DNA of 64,000 nucleotides from Tubulanus polymorphus. Lineage: Eukaryota > Animalia > Nemertea. The DNA lies in NCBI RefSeq assembly GCF_964204645.1, contig NC_134028.1, forward strand, positions 13,585,653 to 13,649,652, given 5' to 3'. Position numbers and translations under genes: made by a program. Each line of letters starts with the position of its first letter. Position 1 is the stretch's first letter. The notes beneath the pieces were generated by a model. That model did not search any database. It was not told the DNA's origin and saw nothing but the letters and a program-made list of their open reading frames with translations. This document shows, one piece after another, positions 37,840-46,990 of the stretch.

Positions 37840-39762
37840 GTGAATCTCTCCTCCGTTTCGCTCACGTTGTATCAACTTCAACTCCTTGGCTTCGGTTTGA
37901 ACTTTTCTTTACCTCACCGCAAGACGAACATCCTGGATTTTATGTCGGAATTAGAACAGCGTAAGACATCTTCCTCGAATTTTGACTACAATTTTATGTT
38001 TATGAACTTACAAACTATTTGTGATAACCTCCGTTATAATTACTCAGAATTTTTACCTCGTCGTTTCAGGATTGCCCTCTCTGAACTCAGAAAACTAGAC
38101 TCTGTTCGTGTTTCAAAAGCTGATAAAGGTGGCAAAATTGTTCTCTTAGATATCTGTGATTATAATCAAAAAATGTTCTCCCTTCTCGGTGACTCTAATG
38201 TTTATAAACCATTGAAATCCAACCCTCTCTCACGTATGCAAGCTTCATTCAATAACAATCTGTCTGGTATTATCCAACGGTTTCCGGACTCTAAAGATAT
38301 TCTTTCGAAATTTCAATCACGTCTACCCTCCCTACCTTATATCTATGGGCTCCCCAAAATCCATAAGAAAGATGTTCCGCTGCGCCCCATTGTATCTAAT
38401 TGTAATTCGCCCTCTTATCGTTTATCCAAATTTCTGGCTAAACAATTATCACCGGCTCTTGGTTCTTTCTCCGCCTCGCATTTACGACACAACCAAGATT
38501 TATTAGAACGGTTAAAAAACATTATTCCTGGTAACGATAGATTCATTTCGTTTGATGCTAGTTCTCTTTTTACCAATGTTCCTCTTAGGCCTACCCTTGA
38601 TTTTCTTAAACGGAAACTTCCTTCGTTGGATTTCAATTTTGACATTCCTACTGATTGTATTATCGAATTAATTGAACTTTGCACCCAGAACTCCTTTTTT
38701 AGTTTCAACAATTCATATTTCGAACAGGTTTTTGGCATGGCTATGGGGAACCCGCTTAGTCCCATTCTAGCAAATCTTTTCCTGGAACACGTTGAAACCG
38801 AATTACTACCTCTTTACACAGATACTCTCCCTAAACTTTGGTTACGATACGTTGATGATATTCTTGCCCTTATACCTTTTTACTTTGATATTGATCAATT
38901 TCTCACATTTATTAACTCTTTTTATCCCTCCTTGAACTTCACATTTGAATTGGAAGTTGATGGGAAAATCCCTTTCCTTGATGTTTGTATACACAATTGT
39001 TTGTCTTGTCTAAAATTCTCGGTTTATAGGAAACCTACCCACTCTGGAACATACCTACATTATTTCTCCTTCACCGCTCATAACATTAAACTTAGTGTTG
39101 CCCAAAGCTTATTCCTTCGCGCATTAAGGATTTGTGACCCCCTTTTCTTGGATGATGAACTAACCCAGATCAAGACCTCTCTTAATAAATTAGCTTACCC
39201 CGACGACATTTTGAATAAAGCTCTCTTGAGAGCCCGTCGTTCACATTTCAGTCGCTCTCAAGGGACCCGCGCGCGTAAACAGCCTATTATTGTACCTTTT
39301 GTTCCTTTTCTGGAAAAATCTAAAACTCCCCTCCATCTCTTAAACAAACAACTCATTTTTACTTATAACAACAAACTTAGTCGTAATCTTACTCATAACT
39401 CCCCCAAAATTGAACCCCTGAACATTGGTGTATATAAAATTCCCTGTAAAGTTTGTAACAAAATATATATCGGCGAAACCGGACGCGATTTACACAAGCG
39501 CATTCGTGAACATAAGAATGATGTAAAGAATTTTAAGCCTGAAAGCGGTGTTGCTAATCACGTATACGAAACCAGCCACAATTTTGATTTTGAAAATGCC
39601 TCCATAATTTTCCCCTGTTCAGAAAAGATTAAACGACACATTATGGAATCGGCCCTGATTATTGAAAACTTGGAAAATTGTGTTAATTTGAATAACGGTT
39701 TTTCCCCCCACAACATTTTGATCTCCAAATTTCTCGCTTCTCTTGTACCCCCGTTATACTAA
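37840..39762 (+). CDS. Penelope RT + GIY-YIG endonuclease; the N-terminal part at ~37396-37840 is disrupted
   Basis: KADKG, RT motifs with YVDD, C-terminal GIY-YIG with CxxC. Confidence 0.95.
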   Translation: MNLSSVSLTLYQLQLLGFGLNFSLPHRKTNILDFMSELEQRKTSSSNFDYNFMFMNLQTICDNLRYNYSEFLPRRFRIALSELRKLDSVRVSKADKGGKIVLLDICDYNQKMFSLLGDSNVYKPLKSNPLSRMQASFNNNLSGIIQRFPDSKDILSKFQSRLPSLPYIYGLPKIHKKDVPLRPIVSNCNSPSYRLSKFLAKQLSPALGSFSASHLRHNQDLLERLKNIIPGNDRFISFDASSLFTNVPLRPTLDFLKRKLPSLDFNFDIPTDCIIELIELCTQNSFFSFNNSYFEQVFGMAMGNPLSPILANLFLEHVETELLPLYTDTLPKLWLRYVDDILALIPFYFDIDQFLTFINSFYPSLNFTFELEVDGKIPFLDVCIHNCLSCLKFSVYRKPTHSGTYLHYFSFTAHNIKLSVAQSLFLRALRICDPLFLDDELTQIKTSLNKLAYPDDILNKALLRARRSHFSRSQGTRARKQPIIVPFVPFLEKSKTPLHLLNKQLIFTYNNKLSRNLTHNSPKIEPLNIGVYKIPCKVCNKIYIGETGRDLHKRIREHKNDVKNFKPESGVANHVYETSHNFDFENASIIFPCSEKIKRHIMESALIIENLENCVNLNNGFSPHNILISKFLASLVPPLY

Positions 39763-40081
39763 TTCCCTTCATTGTTTTGCCTTTATCATAGTTTGCTTGT
39801 TTCCACTCACTCTCTGATTATCGCCTTTCATGTTCCTTCTCTTTGTTTTATTTGATTACCCCTTAGCTTGTCCTCCCGTTTTAATCACTTTAGCTTGTGT
39901 CTTTGTTTATTAATTACTTTAATCTACATTGCCCCTAGTTTGCCTTGCTTACTTTAGCATTGTTTTCTAGTTGTTATGTCATTACTTTAATCTATTCCCC
40001 TTTCAATATTTTAATCACTCACTCTGCTTCTATTGTTTTGGTCTTGAATAAATATCTTGTAATATTCTCCTGTACTCAGTA

Positions 40082-40121
40082 CGCCTGATGATGGCTAATA
40101 GTCTTTAGCCGAAACGTTGCG
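40082..40121 (+). ncRNA. Minimal type I hammerhead ribozyme in the Penelope 3' region
   Basis: CGC-CTGATGA-T-GGCTAA-TAGTCT-TTAGCC-GAAACGTT-GCG: conserved core, stem II and short stem I. Confidence 0.8.
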
Positions 40122-41002
40122 CAAATATATATAACTCTTCTATTCAAGTTTCTCGTTTTGGCTGAACTTATTGTGGGATTTCTCTTGTTAGGAAACTATA
40201 TCTTTGGCACAAAAAGGAAAAGCTGCTATATCAGGATTAAATATATTATGCAATTCATTAGGATTTAATATGTTAGTTAATATTAGAAAAGATAAACCAA
40301 ATTTATTTCAATTAACGCATGTAGAAAATGAACTAACTGAAGAAGCTAGAGATTTATTTGAAATATCCAATCCTACAGAATATGTTTATGATTTAACAAC
40401 TGAAGATGGTACATTTAATTGTGGATTTCCATTAATCATAAAAAATACAGATTCTTACATATTAAAGATAAAAACTAATAACATAACTGATGATTTAAAA
40501 ACATTGAAACATCATTTTGATTTCAGTAACTATCCTAAAGATCATGAATTGTTTAGCAATGATAATAAAAAAGTTCCCGGTAAATTCAAAGATGAATTAG
40601 GTGGTGAAGAAATGATTGAATTCATAGGTATTAGATCTAAAATGTATTCATATAAAACTAGAACATGAAGCTAAAAAGTTAAAAGGAATAACCAAAAGTG
40701 TAGTAGAAAAGAATATTCATTTCAAAGATTACATCAATTGTATATTCAATGAAGAAGTTAGAAAACATAAGATGAAATGTTAAATCTGAAGATCATGAAA
40801 TGTTCATTGAAGAAATTGAAAAGATTAGTCTAAACCGATTTGATGATAAAAGATATATTTTAGATGATGGAATTCATACAGTTGCTTATGGCTGCAATTT
40901 AGATGAATACTTAAAATTTAAAAGAGAAGAAACAAAAGAGAACGAGATAATGCAAAGAATTCGAACGTGTTAATCAAATCTTAATAAAAATATGTATTAT
41001 AA

Positions 41003-41356
41003 ATGGAGAGTAAACAAACACACAGTGAGAACAACAAATTATTTCTAGATAGAATAAAAGATACTTCAAATGTTAATTCAGTAGATTATAAATTTAAGAA
41101 GTTAAAAGAATTAATAATCCATAAGAAATATCTAATTACAAATATTGATACAGTTACTAACAAATATGGAGATAAATTAGTAATACACTTAGAATATGAA
41201 GGATTAAAAGGAAATACATATAAATTCAGAACATATTTACCAGATAGATTTCATAGATTATCAAGTGAAGATTTAGAAGAATTATGTTCTGGAGATTTCT
41301 ATTTCATATACAAAGGTAAGAATGAAAAAGGGCACCACGAAAAAGATTTCGAATAA
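41003..41356 (+). CDS. Small Polinton protein (117 aa), function unknown
   Basis: Intact ORF after pPolB; relatives at 24097, 52769 and a start fragment at ~46887-46918. Confidence 0.75.
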   Translation: MESKQTHSENNKLFLDRIKDTSNVNSVDYKFKKLKELIIHKKYLITNIDTVTNKYGDKLVIHLEYEGLKGNTYKFRTYLPDRFHRLSSEDLEELCSGDFYFIYKGKNEKGHHEKDFE

Positions 41357-41370
41357 AATATGTAAAATAA

Positions 41371-42107
41371 ATGGTAGAATTAAAAGAATACAGAATATTT
41401 GTTGATTCTAGAAAACTTACAAATTATAAATCACATAATTTACGAGTACAATTAGATAGAGAATTTAAGAATTGTGTAGAAGTTTATGTAACTCATTTTA
41501 CAATATATCGAATAAAACTATTGAAGATAATATTTTTTTAATTCATATTAGAAATGTAAATAAATGGTTTCATCTAATTTTAAAACCAGGATTATATAAT
41601 TCAGAAACATTAGCTCAAGAAATTAATAGAAGAGCACGGTTGAAAATTAGAAGTGAAGATAAATTTATAATTAGATTTATAAAAAGTGATAGCACAAATA
41701 AAATTAAAATAAAGTTACATGATGAAAGTCAACATGCATTTATGGTAAAAAACCTATAGCTAAACTGTTAGGAATTGTACCAGATGCTGTTACAGGAAAC
41801 GTAGATGGTAATTCAAATTTAATGACTTTTACGCACTTTTATATTTATTGCAATTTAGTTGATCCTACAAACATTTGAAGCATCTAAAGATACAATTTGT
41901 AATTCTAGTATATTAAATATTTTACCATTAAAAAATGTTAAACAATTTGGAACGCAAATAAATTATAATTTAACTGAATGTGATTTTAAACCTTGTATTC
42001 CTCAATTTAACAATTTTAAGTTAGAAGTAAGAAATCACAATGGATACTTAATTGATTTGAATAACTTTCCTGTAATTTATGAATTAGTTATAAGATGTAG
42101 AGAGTAA
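41371..42107 (+). pseudogene. Second, divergent penton-like gene, frameshifted
   Basis: Same N- and C-terminal sequence as 32472-33233, split over several frames. Confidence 0.75.
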
Positions 42108-42123
42108 TTTTTTCACTATATAA

Positions 42124-42480
42124 ATGAATATAACTGCTGGACCGAGTATATGTTTTGGATTTGATTTTAAACGTGAGAAAGAAATGAAATTTAACATTAC
42201 TGATGTAATTATACATATTAAAGATATTGCATTTTCTAATGAAACAACATTTGAGTATGAAAAAACAATAGTTAAAGAAACTTTAAATGTAGAAAAGATT
42301 ACTAATTTAATTAGAAAATCTTTAAGATTTTATGAATTAGATGAAGATTTTATCATTGATGATATTAAAAGAATAATAACTGAAATATATGAAAATGAAA
42401 CTAATAATACTATAAATGTTGAAATAATTATAACGAAGATAAGTGAATATTTTGAAGATAGTAATTTTTTTGATAAATAA
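42124..42480 (+). CDS. Homolog of 32113-32454
   Basis: MNITAGPSICFGFDFK...SNFFDK. Confidence 0.7.
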   Translation: MNITAGPSICFGFDFKREKEMKFNITDVIIHIKDIAFSNETTFEYEKTIVKETLNVEKITNLIRKSLRFYELDEDFIIDDIKRIITEIYENETNNTINVEIIITKISEYFEDSNFFDK

Positions 42481-42702
42481 ATGAGTGATAATAAGTGGAT
42501 AATAACTGGATTATATAATGAAGCATTACTATCAGTTGGAACTGTTGGTTATTCAATGGTATTAAAAAAAGTATTCAAAATGGGAAGTGTTAATGTTGAT
42601 AGATTTGATATAAATGATATTTTAAAATTAACATTAGCAGTTACTTTATCTAATTTAACTATTGTTTATTTAGAAAAACAAAAATATATTCCTCCCATAT
42701 AA
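42481..42702 (+). CDS. Homolog of 31891-32112
   Basis: Differs by two amino acids. Confidence 0.75.
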   Translation: MSDNKWIITGLYNEALLSVGTVGYSMVLKKVFKMGSVNVDRFDINDILKLTLAVTLSNLTIVYLEKQKYIPPI

Positions 42703-42726
42703 ATACATAATTATTTTACTAAATAA

Positions 42727-43145
42727 ATGGCCTCTGCAGTTGTAACTATTATAGGATCGGCAATTGTTAACGCTTTAGCATTTACTGGTGGCGGTTATTT
42801 ATTTAAGCATATTGATCAAAATGGATCATTTGCAGAACAGAAAAGACATAACTTAGCATTAGAGAAATACAATAAAGCAGCAGAAGAATATAGAGAAAAG
42901 AGACAAAACTATATGGATTATATTAACAAAGAATTATAGGATCAGAAGATTTCACATAGAGATTTTCAATCAGTTGATGATGCAATGAGTTTAACGCGGT
43001 AACCAATAAAGAAACATTACATCTATACAAACCTAAATTATCAGATTATTATACCCCAAGTAATGAACAGAAGAAATATGAAATAATATGGAATTTAGGT
43101 GGAACTGTTATTGTTATATTTGTAGCGTATAGATTTACTAATTAG
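42727..43145 (+). pseudogene. Homolog of 31443-31865 with premature stop
   Basis: TAT to TAG at ~42937, plus a downstream indel. Confidence 0.8.
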
Positions 43146-43165
43146 TAATTTTTTTTGCTAAATAA

Positions 43166-43591
43166 ATGGATGATAATATTGATATTATTCCTCATGATAT
43201 AAATAAAACTAAATTAAAAATATATTTAGAAAAACAAATATTAGAATTTGAAAGTGATTTTAAGATAAAAAAGAAAAAATATTTAAAAAGTAAAATTATA
43301 TATTATCTTATTATTAGTGGTTCGGTTACAATTAGTTCTGTAATAACTTTTTTAGCAATATTCAGTCCATTAACACCTTTAGCTATATCAATTGGTGTGT
43401 TAGGATTAAGTTCAAGTTTTATAACTGGTATAAGTTCAAAATTAAATATAAAAAGTAATAAAGAAAAAATTAAAACTAATATAAAAGAAATTAATAAATT
43501 AAAAAATACACTTGATCATATAATAAGTTTAAATGGCCATATAACAGTTGAAGAACGAGATAAATTATTAAAAGGATTAGTTAATTATTAA
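43166..43591 (+). CDS. Homolog of the two-TM protein 30989-31423
   Basis: Near-identical translation. Confidence 0.8.
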   Translation: MDDNIDIIPHDINKTKLKIYLEKQILEFESDFKIKKKKYLKSKIIYYLIISGSVTISSVITFLAIFSPLTPLAISIGVLGLSSSFITGISSKLNIKSNKEKIKTNIKEINKLKNTLDHIISLNGHITVEERDKLLKGLVNY

Positions 43592-43607
43592 TTTTCTAAT
43601 TATATAA

Positions 43608-44924
43608 ATGGGGTTTCCAAAAGCTTTCCAATATAATAAATCAATTAAATATAATATTCCAGCAATAGATTTTAATAAAGATATTTCATATAGATATGAA
43701 GTTTTAAATTCATTAATTGATTTATATATTTATGTTACTGAAAGTAATAATTTTCATGTAAAGATGGAAAATATATTTCATGTGTAAACAATTAATTTTA
43801 AAAATTTAAATGAGGCAAAACAATGGTTATTAAAAACTAATATGAAGTATTGGCAGAACCAATTTAATTTTGCTGTTGCGCTACAACAGGATGTGGAATT
43901 AGTTGGAATGATCATTTAAATAAACCAAGTTTACTATTGATGTTATCACGTTTTAGATTTCATACTTATTTTCAAATAAAATTAATATTAGATGAATTAG
44001 AATGTCCTTTACCAGGTTCCAAATATTTTAAAGAATTGAATATTAATATTAATTTTTCTAAGTTTTATAAAATATGTAATAATTTTAATATTAATTCAAA
44101 TAATGATTTTAGAGCAAAAATTGGTACAATGGGTGGATTAGGAATATTATATACTAAAGAATTTGGAAAAATAATGACAAATTCAGATATTAGAACACTA
44201 AATTGGAATGAATTAACAAAATATTATAATAATATACAACAACAAAACAATAATGGTTGGGTTAATTTCATTTTAGAAAATAGTGAAGGTTTTACAAAAT
44301 CAGGTATACAAAGAATAAATCAATCAATTAGAACTAATTTGATATGTATTTTAGGTGCGCAAGTTGAAACAAGATCCCCAATAGTTGGAAATGATAACAC
44401 TTCATTTGATGCGCAGAAACAATTCAAAGTATTATTTGAAGATTCAATTCATAATGATAAAAATAGATCGATTCCGGAAAACATTGTAAGATATCAAAAT
44501 TATTTAGATAAATCACATATTAGATTAAATTATTGTATAGGCCCCAATCTATTTAGTATTTCTAATGATTTAGTATTAAAGATGGGAAACATAATTGGTT
44601 ACAATAATCTAATTAAAACTGCCACAATTAATAATTCATTTGGATTAAATGATATAAATAAAAATATCATAACTGCTCCAAAATTAATGGAAGGTGAAAA
44701 AAATAAAAAAACACATTCAATCAACAGAAACTAAAACTAATAATATTAAATTAAATAATGATTCTAAAATAAAAGATTACAATACATCAGAAGATATAAA
44801 AACTGATAATATTCAACATGAAATAATTAAACTAAATGATGATAATAAATCCCATGAAAATACTAAATTAGCTATAACTTGTATAGGAATTGTAATCGGA
44901 GGAATATTATATTTTAAATTTTAA
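43608..44924 (+). pseudogene. Homolog of 29556-30972, disrupted
   Basis: Fragments 43937-44734 and 44694-44924 match copy 1. Confidence 0.8.
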
Positions 44925-44939
44925 TTTTTTATTATGTAA

Positions 44940-46537
44940 ATGGCAGAAGGTGGAGAAGATTATGAAATGGAAAACATGGAAAATAATAATGAAGGATATA
45001 TTGATGATGAACCGCAACCCAATTTAAATGAAACTAATATTGATGATGATAATTCATCAGCATATAATTCTAATTTAGCAGATAGTGGTTCTAAAGCCCC
45101 ATCAACAGAGGAATATATTAGAAAAACTAGATCGAGAATAAAACCTGAAAATAAAAATCAAGGTTTATCAAGACAAGATTTAGAAAATAATGAATTTATG
45201 TATAAATTCAAACCTGTATTTAAAGATTCTGGATATAATATAAATGACAGAGGCGCCAGACTTTTAGTAAAAGTATTAAAGTTTTTAGATGGTGAATATT
45301 TTTATCGTTTGAAAGATGATTATTATATTAATATCTCTTATAAAAATCAAGATAAAATATTAGCGGAATCAACTTTGGAAAAATTAGAACCAGATAGAAT
45401 TAAAAAAATAAGCATTAATAATGAAATAGAAAATGTAACACAAGAAGAAATAAATCACTATAAAAATAAAAAAGTATCTAAACAAAGAATTAATGAATTA
45501 TTTGAAACAATCGATAAAAATTCAGAACCAGAAATGGAAGAGGATGGAGATCGATTAGATAAATTAAGATCGTCAACACCCGAAACATCGAGAAGAGATA
45601 TTCAACCAATTGATAATGATTCAAGTCAATTACAATTAGGAAAACGTTTAGATAACTTACTGGATACAATGAATTCATTTGAAGAAGAGATGAATAGTGT
45701 TTTAGATACACCCGGTACTGAAACTGGAATAAATCGAATACAACATCTATTAGAAAAAGGATTACTTGATTTAACTGATGATGAATTCGAAGCATTTCCT
45801 GAACAAGCACGTAGAGAAATTAAAGGTATGCAAGAATCAGCTGGTGAAATTGCTAATATTAAGATGAGATTTTCTAAAATAACCATGTTAAAAAAAAAAA
45901 ATTAACTAATGCAAATGAAGAATTAAAACAATTAGAATTAAATAGAGATCATCAATTAATCGAGGAAGCTGATTATGAAAGAAGAAAGTTAGCTTTAGAA
46001 AAAGAAATTGATGATTTAAAATATAACAAAGAATTACAGGAAAAAGAAAGAGATACATTATTAAAATCATATGATCTTAATCATATTTACAAATTATAAG
46101 TTATTTTTAAAGATTTGTTGATAAAACCAGATTCTAAAATATCACTAAAAGATAGAATAAAATTATTATTTAAGTTTGAAGGAATAACAATTCTTTCAAT
46201 TCTAACAGCTGTAACTATGTTATTTACAACAATTGGTTTAGCTATATCACATGCTTTAAAATCTACTCCTACCCCCAATAAACCAGATAAACCCCCAGAT
46301 AATAATTCTATACAAGATAAAGTTAAAGATGGTTTAAAGAAATTAGCAAAATATTTATGGGAACTATCTAAAAAATCTGCTGCAGCATTGCCAGGAGTTA
46401 TTGCATCAATTGTTGGTTTTATATTGAAATCTGCAGGAAACATTATTAACTTTGCTGCTGAACATATTATTTTATTTTTAATTACAGTTGTAAGTGCAAT
46501 TATTTTTGGGTTAGTAAACATGATAAAAAATAAATAA
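44940..46537 (+). pseudogene. Homolog of the coiled-coil/TM protein, frameshifted
   Basis: MAEGGE start and matching C-terminal TM region; shift in the A-run near 45895. Confidence 0.8.
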
Positions 46538-46557
46538 TTAATTTTTTTGTTAAATAA

Positions 46558-46887
46558 ATGAGTGGGAGTTATATCAATCCTTCTAAGAATCATAGAATAT
46601 CTAATGCTATTAAAGCAGAAAGATCACATCATATAATTACTCATAACCCTTCAAATATTAATCCCGATGAAACTTTATTTGTTAGAATTCCTCGATTAAC
46701 ACAAAATACTATTTATGTTCCAAATAGTATTTATTTATCAGCCGATATAAAAGTAACTGGTAATAATAATAATTATGTTGTTGATAATGTTGGAAGATAT
46801 TTGATTAAAAAATTAACAATAAAGATTGGTCCAGAAACAGTTTTCTCATTAGATGATTATAATTTATTTATGCATTACAAAGATTTA
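46558..46887 (+). pseudogene. Truncated second major capsid gene
   Basis: First ~110 aa match 28054 downward, then an abrupt junction to terminal sequence. Confidence 0.8.
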
Positions 46888-46990
46888 TGAATTCACTGTG
46901 TATTTGTTTACTCTACATATTTTTTCATTAAAATTGATTTCATTGATATAATATTCATTTATATAATGTCCATATATATGAATATCATTA

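Larger units (their letters stand above)
35263..40189. mobile_element. Penelope-like retroelement insertion with inverted partial copy
   Basis: 12-bp TSD AGGAAACTATAT (35251-35262, 40190-40201). Inverted arms ~35298-37395 and ~38093-40190. Confidence 0.95.
34448..40446 (+). mobile_element. Intein with LAGLIDADG homing endonuclease in pPolB motif C
   Basis: Start SVTADTP; block B VDVTEDHSL; endonuclease motifs FIKGFFMGDGS and FFIGFYAADGS; block F YVYDLTT; end IIKN followed by +1 Thr of TDS. Confidence 0.93.
33301..40972 (+). pseudogene. polB: Protein-primed family B DNA polymerase, intein-containing, frameshifted and interrupted by Penelope
   Basis: Motif A YMDANNLYGWAM, motif B KLMNNAFYGK, motif C YFD|TDS split by the intein, then VPGKFKDE, RSKMYS, DDKRY. 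N-terminal C2H2-like fingers. Confidence 0.93.

Noticed and set aside
36723-38765. 116-aa ORFs at 36723-37073 and 38415-38765
   Set aside because: Antisense shadows of the Penelope RT frame.
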